Positions 18,204-29,100 of a DNA stretch of 64,000 nucleotides are shown piece by piece. The DNA comes from a virus. The notes under the pieces are model-generated. The model was not told where the DNA came from. It saw only the letters and a program-made list of their open reading frames with translations, and ran no database searches. The DNA is taken from IMG/VR virus record IMGVR_UViG_3300032285_001029, positions 77,856-141,855 of that record. One strand, 5' to 3'. Position 1 is the first letter of the stretch. Every line of letters starts with the position of its first letter. The position numbers and the translations under genes were made by a program.

Positions 18204-18509
18204 ATGTCTGCAAAATATTCTAACACTAGTCCGTATTATCTGACTCCGATAAAAAATAATTTTAATTTAGATTTTTTACAAATTCGATCAGTCAGTGCAG
18301 AAGCCGATGATTTTTTATATACAATTGAACCTCAATATACTTATAGACCAGATCTATTAGCGTACGATTTGTATGGGCAAGCTGGTTTATGGTGGGTCTT
18401 TATTCAAAGAAATATGAATGTTTTAGAAGATCCTATTTTTGACTTTATACCAGGGGTACAGATTTATATTCCTAAAAATAGCAGTTTAAAAAAGGTGTTA
18501 GGATTATAA
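18204..18509 (+). CDS. Baseplate wedge LysM-like protein (gp53-like)
   Basis: RPDLLAYDLYG...LWWVF...N...DP...G..I.IP motif. Confidence 0.85.
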   Translation: MSAKYSNTSPYYLTPIKNNFNLDFLQIRSVSAEADDFLYTIEPQYTYRPDLLAYDLYGQAGLWWVFIQRNMNVLEDPIFDFIPGVQIYIPKNSSLKKVLGL

Positions 18510-18510
18510 A

Positions 18511-20688
18511 ATGGCACTACCAGGGTTAGACACGTCATTAACTAGTAACAATATAAGCTCAGGGAGTGCAACAGTCAATCCAGCTAATATTGTTAACTCA
18601 ATCGGTGGAGTAATATCTACCGTTTCTAATATCTTAACAGCTAAAGATAAAACACTATCGTTGCCGTTGGCAAATCCTCTTGATGCTTATGCCACTTATG
18701 ATTATATTTTTACATTAACCTCTATATCTGATGCTGATTTAAAAGACAATACATTTATGAAGGGCTATAATAAATTTCCTATTATAGCAAAAACAGCTAG
18801 TAGTGATCCTAATAATCGTGTGCAAACGGCATTTGGAAAACATGAATTCTATATAGATAATGTAACAATGACTAGTTCAGTCGGGTATACTGGCGGTAAA
18901 AATACTAATGTACACTTTTTTTCTTTTGAAGTAACAGAACCATATAGTATTGGGTTATTTGTTGTAGCCATGCAACAAGCAGCATTTAATCAAAATCATA
19001 AAAATTTTAAAGTTGCACCTTATGTATTAACAGTTGAATTTAGGGGTAATAAAGAAGACGGTGGCATGGAAATTGTTCCTAACTGTACACGACACATTCC
19101 GTTTACAGTGACTTCTGTAGATATCCAAGCAACAGAAGCTGGATCGAAGTATACAGTTAATTGCACTAGTATTTCAACTATGGCATTAACTGTTTTAAAA
19201 CAAACTGTTCCTACAGATATTAATATATCAGGGAAAACTGTACAAGAAGTATTACAAAGCGGACCCTTAAGTTTACAGAATATTGTTAACACAACAAAAA
19301 AACAAAATGCAATTAAAGATCAGGTATCTGATCAAATTTTAATTTTATTTCCTACTGATATTTCGTCTTCGGCAGTTGATGCTAATAGTTCGAGTAATAC
19401 TGCAACGGTAAACCCGACTACTAGTCAGTTACCTAATGCCTTAATTTCTAAATTTAATCTTACGGTTAGTACTGATAATGCACAAAATATTTTGTATTCA
19501 TCATCAGATGTGAACGCCATTGGTCAAGCGTCGATGGGATTTAATAAAGAAAGAAAGGCAGATGCGCCAACAGCGGATTATAAAAAAGTATATGACAAAA
19601 CAAAACAAGTAAATGTAAGATCTAGCATATCAGCCGACGATGGTACAAGTTCATTTAGATTCGCACAAAACATAGATATTCCGTCAATTATAAATGAAGT
19701 TATTTTGAATTCAACGTATGCTATTGATGCATTATCTCAAGATAAGATTGATGCGTTTGGTAATCGAACCTGGTGGAGAATAGATACTCAAGTTTTCAAT
19801 ATTGCATCGGCTAATGATACAAGTACAAATACAAAACCAACATTAACTGTTTACAGAGTTGTTCCTTATTTGGTACACACTTCGACATTAATGGCCAGTA
19901 ATAGTCAGCCTATTGGATTGCCAAATTTAGCTGCACAAGTACCTAAAGTTTATCAATACATATATACAGGAAAAAACACTTCTGTTTTAAAATTTGATAT
20001 TAAATTTAATTTTGCATTCACTTCGGTTTTTCAATTTGATGATTTTAATCGAAGCCAAGATTCTGTGACTGCAAAACAAACAGGAGATACTTCAAGTAGT
20101 AAACAAGCAAACGGCAGTGCTTCAAGTTCGCCTGACTCAGAGCCTTCGACAAATCCAGGCAGCTGGGGCGGCCCTGCAAGAATACGCATCGGTACAGATT
20201 CATCATCGGATAATAAAGGCGGCGGTGGCTCGGAAAATTCACAAGTTAGGATAGCTAGGACATTCTTCGATGCGTTAAACAATCCAAATGATATGTTAGG
20301 ATTAGATTTAGAGATAATAGGAGATCCGTTTTGGATTATTCAGAGTGGTGTAGCTAATTATACAGCAAAACCAGGACCTTATATAAATGTAAATCAAGAC
20401 GGTACAGTAAACTATCAAAACGGCGAAGTACACATTGGTGTAATTTTTAAAAGCCCGCTTGACATCAATCAGTCAACGGGTATGTATGACTTTGGTAAAT
20501 CTTCAGACAAGTCGTCGTCGGTTATTGGATTTAACGGACTGTATAGGGTTATCAACGTTGAAAGTAGGTTTCAAAATGGAATGTTTACTCAAGTACTAAA
20601 AGGAAATCGATTGCCTAATCAAGAAAATAAAAATGTTGCAAAACCAAATCAAACTCTTAATACTAATCCTCCTCCGGCAACTATATGA
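18511..20688 (+). CDS. Baseplate hub protein (gp27-like)
   Basis: Upstream of gp5; IIGDP and GLYRVINVESRFQNGMFTQ hub-type C-terminus. Confidence 0.65.
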   Translation: MALPGLDTSLTSNNISSGSATVNPANIVNSIGGVISTVSNILTAKDKTLSLPLANPLDAYATYDYIFTLTSISDADLKDNTFMKGYNKFPIIAKTASSDPNNRVQTAFGKHEFYIDNVTMTSSVGYTGGKNTNVHFFSFEVTEPYSIGLFVVAMQQAAFNQNHKNFKVAPYVLTVEFRGNKEDGGMEIVPNCTRHIPFTVTSVDIQATEAGSKYTVNCTSISTMALTVLKQTVPTDINISGKTVQEVLQSGPLSLQNIVNTTKKQNAIKDQVSDQILILFPTDISSSAVDANSSSNTATVNPTTSQLPNALISKFNLTVSTDNAQNILYSSSDVNAIGQASMGFNKERKADAPTADYKKVYDKTKQVNVRSSISADDGTSSFRFAQNIDIPSIINEVILNSTYAIDALSQDKIDAFGNRTWWRIDTQVFNIASANDTSTNTKPTLTVYRVVPYLVHTSTLMASNSQPIGLPNLAAQVPKVYQYIYTGKNTSVLKFDIKFNFAFTSVFQFDDFNRSQDSVTAKQTGDTSSSKQANGSASSSPDSEPSTNPGSWGGPARIRIGTDSSSDNKGGGGSENSQVRIARTFFDALNNPNDMLGLDLEIIGDPFWIIQSGVANYTAKPGPYINVNQDGTVNYQNGEVHIGVIFKSPLDINQSTGMYDFGKSSDKSSSVIGFNGLYRVINVESRFQNGMFTQVLKGNRLPNQENKNVAKPNQTLNTNPPPATI

Positions 20689-22238
20689 TTAATGTAAAAA
20701 CAAATAATTATGTACCTTCGGGACAACCAGAATTAAGTCCGTTTCCAGTGTTGGCTAAAATTGTTAGCCACCTTGAGCCTAGTTACATGGGTAAATTAGA
20801 AGTTCAAATTTTACGTAATGTAAGTGGAGAATTATTAGACGGAATAACACACCCTGTGAGTATGGTTAGTCCGTTCTGGGGACAAACTAGTGTAGATTAT
20901 AATACAAGTGATTCAGGATACGACTACACACAAAAGTCGTACGGCATGTGGATGATTCCGCCTGATGTTGGAACAGTTGGTATAGTAATATTCATTAATG
21001 GTAATGCTAAAAGAGGTTACTGGATAGGATTTGTTCCTGACGAGGGAGTAAATTTTATGACCCCAGGAATAGCAGCGACAGAGCTTACTAATCCTCAAAT
21101 TTATAGAACCGACAAATTTGCTGGCACTAATGAAATACAAAGATTACCAGTAGCAGAATATAATAAACGTGCAGTACCACAAGGTACAACAATTTCCGAT
21201 CCTACGACAGTTGCTAAACCAATACATCCGTTAGCACAAATTTTAACTGACCAAGGATTAGTATATGATGATACACGTGGCCTGACTAGTAGTTCATCTC
21301 GACGAGAATTACCGAGCATGGTGTTTGGTATTAGTACACCTGGACCAATTGATAAGAGAGAAAATGCACCGCGTGGAGATGTCGGTCCTCCAGGTGATAA
21401 AATTAATAAGCAAGTAAGTCGCCTTGGCGGGACAACATTTGTTATGGATGACGGTGATTCGGCATTTTTAAGAAAAGGTCCTGCATCAACAACGCCTCCT
21501 GAGTATGCAGCTATCGAGCAAGGCGACACTATACCTGATGATCCTACAATTCCACACAACGAATGTGTGAGAATACGTACTAGAACCGGCCATCAGATAC
21601 TATTACATAATTCAGAAGATTTAATTTATATTGGTAATGCTAAGGGTACTACTTGGATAGAATTAACCAGTAATGGAAAAATTGACATCTATGCTAAAGA
21701 CAGTATTAGTATTCACTCAGAACAAGATTTAAATTTCAGAGCAGATCGAGATATTAATTTAGAAGCCGGCAGAAATTTTAATGTACATGCAGCAGGAAAC
21801 AAAACAGAAGAAATTAATGGAAATTTAAATTTAGTAGTTGCAAAAGATCAAAAAATTACAACACTTGGAAACCTTGATGTGTTGACACAAGGGCATACTT
21901 ATATTACATCGGGCAGCAGAATTGATTTTCGAAGCTCAAAAATTTACGCTACTGCGGGAAGAATTTATTGGAATAGCAGTAGTTCGGCAAATCAAGCTAC
22001 TCCTGCATCTACATTGTCTAAACATAAAATTCCAGATTCAGAAGGTGCTACCGCTTTGCTTTCTATAATGAATCGTGTGCCTTTACAAGAACCTTGGCCG
22101 CATCATGAAAATTTAAATCCTGCTATGTTTGTATCTAGTAAAACTGATCGAAATGAAGCGGACATTACAGTACCATCGATGTTTGGAAAATATACAACAT
22201 CGGTGGATACATTCAGAAGAGATGCTGTAAAAAAATAA
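20685..22238 (+). CDS. Baseplate central spike (gp5/VgrG-like, OB fold + beta-helix)
   Basis: GMWMIPPDVGT..V.F..G....YWIG OB fold; RTRTGH and beta-helix repeats; no lysozyme domain seen. Confidence 0.85.
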   Translation: MINVKTNNYVPSGQPELSPFPVLAKIVSHLEPSYMGKLEVQILRNVSGELLDGITHPVSMVSPFWGQTSVDYNTSDSGYDYTQKSYGMWMIPPDVGTVGIVIFINGNAKRGYWIGFVPDEGVNFMTPGIAATELTNPQIYRTDKFAGTNEIQRLPVAEYNKRAVPQGTTISDPTTVAKPIHPLAQILTDQGLVYDDTRGLTSSSSRRELPSMVFGISTPGPIDKRENAPRGDVGPPGDKINKQVSRLGGTTFVMDDGDSAFLRKGPASTTPPEYAAIEQGDTIPDDPTIPHNECVRIRTRTGHQILLHNSEDLIYIGNAKGTTWIELTSNGKIDIYAKDSISIHSEQDLNFRADRDINLEAGRNFNVHAAGNKTEEINGNLNLVVAKDQKITTLGNLDVLTQGHTYITSGSRIDFRSSKIYATAGRIYWNSSSSANQATPASTLSKHKIPDSEGATALLSIMNRVPLQEPWPHHENLNPAMFVSSKTDRNEADITVPSMFGKYTTSVDTFRRDAVKK

Positions 22239-22247
22239 GGAAAAACA

Positions 22248-22697
22248 GTGAGCTCAAACGCAAAATTATACAACAAGATTGTTGTTCCATACAGTAATAG
22301 CTATAAAACAAATCCGGTACGAAGTCAAATGTACAAAGGATTTAGTACAATAAGTCCGGATACCAGGAATTTTAAACTTTTTGATTTTGAATTAATTAAA
22401 CAGGATTTATTAAATCATTTTCATATAAGACAAGGCGAAAGATTAATGAATCCTCGCTTCGGCTGTGTTATCTGGGAACTATTATTCGAACCATTAACAG
22501 ATGATTTAAAAAATACTATTCAGAGAAATGTTGAAGATATTATAAATTCTGATCCTAGAATAAAAGCGAATCAGGTAATAATTACATCTTATGAAACGGG
22601 AGTACAAATTGAGTGTGTTATTGAATATTTGCTTTACAATGTTCAAGAACAGATTCAACTTCAATTTGATCAAACAAATGGTCTGTTGACAGGATAA
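22248..22697 (+). CDS. gp25: Baseplate wedge gp25-like
   Basis: GERLMNPRFG..IWELLFEP, DPRI motifs; GTG start. Confidence 0.9.
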   Translation: MSSNAKLYNKIVVPYSNSYKTNPVRSQMYKGFSTISPDTRNFKLFDFELIKQDLLNHFHIRQGERLMNPRFGCVIWELLFEPLTDDLKNTIQRNVEDIINSDPRIKANQVIITSYETGVQIECVIEYLLYNVQEQIQLQFDQTNGLLTG

Positions 22698-22719
22698 AAT
22701 ACGCAGATATTTCAAAAAA

Positions 22720-22725
22720 TAAATA
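22720..22725 (+). promoter_or_regulatory. Late promoter TAAATA
   Basis: Upstream of the gp6-like gene. Confidence 0.6.
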
Positions 22726-22743
22726 GTGATATAGAGATAAAAA

Positions 22744-25700
22744 ATGACATCAACCTCAAGACAAAACAATCTATTAATTGCCCAAGATTGGACAAAGATT
22801 TATCAATCTTTCAGAAATGCTGATTTTCAAAGTTATGATTTTGAAAATCTTCGCCGCACAATGATCGATTATATTAGAACAAATTATCCAGAAGACTATA
22901 ATGATTACATTGAAAGTTCGGAATATCTTGCCTTAATAGATTTGATAGCGTTCTTAGGTCAAAGTATTAGTTATCGCATTGATTTAAATGCTCGAGATAA
23001 TTTTTTAGAGTTATCTGAAAGACGAGATAGCATCTTAAGACTTGCTAGATTAGTTGCCTATAATGCACAACGCAATAATGCTGCTAGTGGACTACTAAAA
23101 TTTACTAGTGTTCAGACTACTGAAGATGTGTTAGATTCTAGTGGTCGTAATTTAAGTAATCAAACTATTGCATGGAATGACTCGAGCAATACCAATTGGT
23201 ATGATCAGTTTATCAGTGTAATGAACGCTGCATTTCCTACAACTCAAAAATTTGGAAATCCATCTGATAGTGCAAACATCTATGGGGTGCCAACGCAACA
23301 GTATAGATTTAATAGCAAGATAGCTGGTATCCCTGTATTCAACTTTAGTAAGGTAGTTTCTGGACAATCGATGAATTTTGAGATTACTAGTACAACCTTT
23401 AGTAGTCAAAATTATATTTACGAAGAATCGCCTAAGATTGGAAATCCATTAGCATGTGTTTACAAAGACGACGGCAGGGGTGCCGGAAGTTCGTCAAACG
23501 GTTTCTTTCTACATTTCACACAGGGAACATTAAACCAAGGATCATTTACAATTGATCAGCCAAATAGTCACGAATCGGTCGATATTGATACACCAAACAT
23601 TAACAATACCGATGTATGGTTATATAGTGTGAACAAGACAGGTGTTGAAAGTGACTTATGGACTCAAGTTCCTGCCCTTCAAGGCAATAATATTATCTAT
23701 AATAGTATTAATCAGCAGATAAAAAATATTTATGCGGTAATTACACGAACTGGGGATACAGTCAGTTTGCAATTTAGTAATGGAATTTTTGGAAAACTTC
23801 CAGTTGGTACATTTAAAGTTTACTATAGAGTTAGTAATAATCTGGATTATACTATAAATCCTGCCGACCTTAGCAATATAACAATATCGTTTCCTTATAC
23901 TAGTGCTACGAATCAATCAGAAACATTAACAATTAATTTAAGCCTTTCAAACTCCGTTAGTAATGCATCAGCATCGGAATCCAATGCCAGTATCCAAGCT
24001 AATGCTCCACAAAGTTATTATACACAAAATAGAATGATTACAGCAGAGGACTATAATATAAGTCCTTTGTCGGCCAGTACACAGGTTTTAAAAATACAAG
24101 CAGTTAATCGAGTTAGTAGCGGTATAAGCAGATATTTTGATTTAATTGATCCTAGTGGTCAATACAGTTCCACCACTTTATTCGGTAGCGATGGTATAGT
24201 TTATACAGAAAAATATCTGACTAAGTTATTATTCACGTATCTTACAAAAGTAGATATTCAAGGTACAATATACAATGATATCTTTACTATATTAAAAGAT
24301 TCTAACTTAAGGAATTTTTATTATGGAAACTATCAAGTTTCGTTAACCGCAAGTTTAAACATTGCCTGGTATCAAAAAACTGCAGATAGAACAATGTCAA
24401 CAGGTTATATAGGCGGCACTACTAATAGTATTCCAATCAAAGTAGGCGATTTTACTGCAACTAATCTTCAGTATCTTCAAGTTGGTGCGTTAGTTCAATT
24501 TACTGCACCGACTGGCTACTACTTTGACACAACTAATTATAATATTATTACAGCAGGTACGGCTACAGTGACTGGTGCAGTTCAGTCTATTTGGGCTGAA
24601 TGTATAAATTTAACAGATGATGGCACAGCGTCGGGTACTGGATTATTATCTACAGGATTCGGTCCGATTGGTTTCAACAAAGAAATCCCAACAGGTGCCA
24701 TTGTAACTGAGATTATTCCTACATGGAATACTACTATTGGTTCGTCAATAATTACAAAGATGGTCGATTTAATTTTTTCAAATCAACCATTTGGTCTTAC
24801 GTACAATTCTTTAACACGAGCTTGGCAAATTATTTACGAAACTAATCTAAATGCTGCATCGTTGTTTTCTTTATCTAAACAAGGCGATACAACTAATACG
24901 CAAACAGATGCTAGCTGGCTATTATTGTTTACTACAGATAATGTGACATATACAGTAAGTTCGCGTCAGCAACGATACGTTTTTGAAAGTTCTAAGCAGA
25001 TAAGTTTTTACTTTGATAATAGTAAAAAAATCTATGATTCTACAAATAATACAGTAGTAAAGGATCAAATTACAGTACTCAGCATCAATAATCAACCAAG
25101 TAGTTTAACTCCATTTACTATAGATAAAAAATGGGATATAGTTGATTCTTATTTAGGTCTCGATGGCTTTAAAGATAATAGTAAACTTGTAGTGTCGTTT
25201 GCTGAAAATGAAACAAACGGTTCTACAGATAATCCTGATTCATTTAGAGATATTGTATATAGTAATTCTGTACCATCCTATATTGTTCAAGAACGGTATA
25301 CAATTACAGAAGGCCAAGAAGATTATAGATATGTAAAAAATGATGGTATTGTGAAGATTTTTCTTTCACAAAGCTATGTTGGGGAACTATCTCAGTATAC
25401 AGATGGCCAGTATTTTTATTTTATCGATACTGATACGGTGAAGAAATTTAATGCAATATCGTCAACTTTTTTAGTAAGTTTAGATTATAAGGTCTATGCA
25501 GGAAGAGACGACTTAAAGTTTCAATATGTACATAATGCAGATTATGAATCTCGCGTAGATCCTGGATCAAGCAATATAGTTGACATATATGTATTAACAA
25601 AGAGCTATGACACTTACTATAGACAATGGATATCAGGTGCAATAAATTCAGAACCGTTGCCTCCTAGCAGTGCTGAATTGTTTGATTTATTGGATCCAAA

Positions 25701-26190
25701 ATTAAATCTAGTTAAGTCTATCAGTGACGAGATAGTCTATCATCCGGTAAAATATACACCTTTGTTTGGCACCAATGCCGATCCTTCTTTACAAGCAATG
25801 TTTCAAGTAATTAAGACCCCGGGTCAAGTTATTTCGGATAATGATGTACAAACACGAGTTATTTCGGCAATTAATCAGTTTTTTGCACTTGAAAATTGGA
25901 ACTTTGGCGACACATTTTATTTTACAGAGTTATCGACTTATGTAATGAATCAGCTAACTCCTTATATTTCAACATTTTTGATTGTACCTAAACAAGGAAC
26001 TCAAAATTTTGGTAGTTTATTTGAAATTAGTAGCACTAGCAATCAGCTATTCATAAGCACAGCTACAGTGGAAGATGTTGTTATTATTTCAGGAGTGACT
26101 GCTACGTCTATCAAAGCTATTCCAGGCACGATCGTATCGTCAAATATTGCATCTAGTCAAGTTTTAACAAGTTCAACATACGGAATTTAA
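22744..26190 (+). CDS. Baseplate wedge protein (gp6-like)
   Basis: YDFENLR...DY.ESS..ALIDL, A...Y, QNRMITAEDY baseplate-J/gp6 motifs. Confidence 0.88.
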   Translation: MTSTSRQNNLLIAQDWTKIYQSFRNADFQSYDFENLRRTMIDYIRTNYPEDYNDYIESSEYLALIDLIAFLGQSISYRIDLNARDNFLELSERRDSILRLARLVAYNAQRNNAASGLLKFTSVQTTEDVLDSSGRNLSNQTIAWNDSSNTNWYDQFISVMNAAFPTTQKFGNPSDSANIYGVPTQQYRFNSKIAGIPVFNFSKVVSGQSMNFEITSTTFSSQNYIYEESPKIGNPLACVYKDDGRGAGSSSNGFFLHFTQGTLNQGSFTIDQPNSHESVDIDTPNINNTDVWLYSVNKTGVESDLWTQVPALQGNNIIYNSINQQIKNIYAVITRTGDTVSLQFSNGIFGKLPVGTFKVYYRVSNNLDYTINPADLSNITISFPYTSATNQSETLTINLSLSNSVSNASASESNASIQANAPQSYYTQNRMITAEDYNISPLSASTQVLKIQAVNRVSSGISRYFDLIDPSGQYSSTTLFGSDGIVYTEKYLTKLLFTYLTKVDIQGTIYNDIFTILKDSNLRNFYYGNYQVSLTASLNIAWYQKTADRTMSTGYIGGTTNSIPIKVGDFTATNLQYLQVGALVQFTAPTGYYFDTTNYNIITAGTATVTGAVQSIWAECINLTDDGTASGTGLLSTGFGPIGFNKEIPTGAIVTEIIPTWNTTIGSSIITKMVDLIFSNQPFGLTYNSLTRAWQIIYETNLNAASLFSLSKQGDTTNTQTDASWLLLFTTDNVTYTVSSRQQRYVFESSKQISFYFDNSKKIYDSTNNTVVKDQITVLSINNQPSSLTPFTIDKKWDIVDSYLGLDGFKDNSKLVVSFAENETNGSTDNPDSFRDIVYSNSVPSYIVQERYTITEGQEDYRYVKNDGIVKIFLSQSYVGELSQYTDGQYFYFIDTDTVKKFNAISSTFLVSLDYKVYAGRDDLKFQYVHNADYESRVDPGSSNIVDIYVLTKSYDTYYRQWISGAINSEPLPPSSAELFDLLDPKLNLVKSISDEIVYHPVKYTPLFGTNADPSLQAMFQVIKTPGQVISDNDVQTRVISAINQFFALENWNFGDTFYFTELSTYVMNQLTPYISTFLIVPKQGTQNFGSLFEISSTSNQLFISTATVEDVVIISGVTATSIKAIPGTIVSSNIASSQVLTSSTYGI

Positions 26191-26193
26191 TAC

Positions 26194-29100
26194 ATGGCAT
26201 CTCAAAAAAACAACAATGGATTAACATCCAAACTAATTCCTAACATTTATCAATCCGATGCTAACAAGAAGTTTTTACAAGCAACTCTTGATCAGTTAGT
26301 ACAACCAGGAACTATAAAAAAAGTTAATGGATATGCAGGAAGAAAGAATGCTAAGGCTAGTGTAGGGGATGACATTTATATAAATGCAGCCGGTACTACT
26401 CGACAAAATTATCAACTCGAACCAGGATTTACAGTTCAAGATGAGCTAGGAAATTATACATTTTTTAAAGATTATCAAGATTATATAAATGATCTTTATG
26501 TGTTAGGCAGTAATACTAAAAATCATAGTCGGCTGAATAAACAAGAATTTTACAGTTGGAATCCCCATATTGATTGGGATAAATTTTCTAATTTTCAACA
26601 GTACTATTGGTTACCTTACGGTCCCGACACAATTACAGTATTCGGTCAACAGTCAGCGATTCAAAGCACAATTAAAGTCAGTATAGAAAATGAAGGTACA
26701 AATTTCCAGTGGATGTTTTCTTCTGATGCATTAGTTCCTAACCCTACAATTAAACTTTATCGAGGCCAAACTTATGTGTTTGAAATCGATAGCATTGGTA
26801 ATCCTTTTACTATTGCAACAGTTCGTAGTAATGATGTTGAATATTTGTATCAAACTCCGGGCCTTGATGGAAATAAAGTTTTTCAAGGAACGATTACTTT
26901 TACAGTACCTGCTGATGCACCTAGTTTGCTTTATTATTTTAGTGATACAGATTTAGATGCCAGTGGAGTTTTTGAAATTCTTTCTATTGAAGAAAACACA
27001 TATCTTGATGTTGAAAAGGATCTGTTAGGCAAAACATCATACACATTACCTAACGGAGTTACGTTAAGCAATGGCATGAAAATTAAGTTTATAGGTAACA
27101 TAACACCTGAAACTTATTCTAAAGGGCAATACTATGTTGAAGGTGTTGGTACAGGAATCGTATTAACTGAAGAATCATCACTAGAAATAATTGCACCTTA
27201 TACTACTGATACTACTATTTTATTTGATTCTGATCTGTTCGACTCTTTGCCTTTTAGTAGTGCTAGCTCATATGCAGGAACCTTAGATTATATTACTATT
27301 AATAGAAGTAGTCAAGATAAGAATCCATGGAGTCGATACAATCGTTGGTTCCATAAAGATGTTATTGAAGTAAGCGCAGCATTAAATGGCAATGTTCCAA
27401 GCTTAGATCAGACTGCTCGTGCTGTTAGACCTATTATCGAATTCGAATCAAATTTACAACTTTATAATTTTGGAAATAAGTCGGTCGTTGATGTTGACGT
27501 TATTGATAATTTTACTACTGATGCATTTTCTATTATAGAAGGTAGCTTGGGATACAATATTGATGGTGTAGATTTAGTTCAAGGATATTTGGTAATTTTT
27601 ACTGCAGATCCAGATCCGTTTGTTAAAGATAATGTATATGAAGTGCAGTTTGTTTCGGTCAATGGTGTTCAACAAATACATCTAGCGTTACATTCAACGC
27701 CATCTGAGAATGATTCTGTAATTGTAAAAAGCGGAATAAAGAATCAATCGATCACTTATTGGTACAATGGTACAGACTGGATTTATGCACAACAAAAGAC
27801 TAAAGCAAATCAACAGCCTTTATTTGATATTTTCAATTCCGATGGAATTAGTTTTTCGGATACAACAATATATACAGGATCTACGTTTAAAGGATCTGCA
27901 GTATTTTCTTATGCAGTGGGCTCGAGCTCAAATGATCCTAGTTTAGGATTTCCTTTATTATATAAAAATATAAACAATATCGGAGACATTGTCTTCAACT
28001 TTAATCTAGTTTCTGACACATTTGTGTATAAACTAAGCGGTGATATAGTTACAGTTGATATTAGTATTGGTTATTTAAAACAGATACAAACAACAGCTTC
28101 TGTGTTTGTAAATGGATGGATAACAAATAGTGTTACAATGACACAGGGTGCTGTAAGAATCTACAAAAATTCAGAAATTACAAATAACTTCGATATCGAC
28201 ATTTTTGATAATATTAACGATCTTGATGACTTAGTAGTCAAAGTTTATGTTAATGGTATTAGATTAGAAAGCACTGAATGGTCAATAAGCGACGGTGTAA
28301 TTTACAAATATGTAGAACTATTAACTGACGTAACAACCGCCGATGTATTAACAATTAAAGCGTATGCAGCACAACCTATCAACAAGAATGGATTCTATGA
28401 AATCCCATTGAACTTACAAAATAATCCCCTGAACAATGAGATTACTACTTTTACACTAGGTGAAGTTTTAGATCATGTAGAGTCGATCGTAGAAAATGTA
28501 CCAAATTTTTCAGGATCATATCCTGGTTTCGGTAATTTACGAGATTTAGGACAGATTAGTAAGTATGGAACTAAATTTGTTCAACACAGTGGTCCTGCAA
28601 GTCTATCTTTATATCATATCACTAATAAAACTAATAATGTAATTAGAGCTATAGAAAAATCTCGTAATGACTATGTTGCCTTTAAAAGAGCGTTTATTAA
28701 TGCTGCTACTGGGTTATCAGAGGATTTATCGGTTGTTGAATCAGTCGATTATATTTTAAGAAAAATTAACGAGAATAAACCTAAGACCGGACCATATTAT
28801 TTCAGTGACATGGTGCCTTATGGTGCAGCTATTGTAAGTGATATTCCTGTTCTAGATTACAGAATTAAAACGTATCCATTAACCGATCCATTTAGCTTAG
28901 ATGTATTGTCTTATAAATCAGTATTAATATATCGAAATGGCACACAGTTATTGTATAACACTGACTATATTTTTGATAGTGATAACTCAAATTTTATAAT
29001 GTTAGATACATCTCCGTTAGCTAACGGTGACGTACTTACAACATATGAGTATGATAGCACTAACGGATCGTTTGTTCCAGAGACTCCGACTAAGTTAGGA

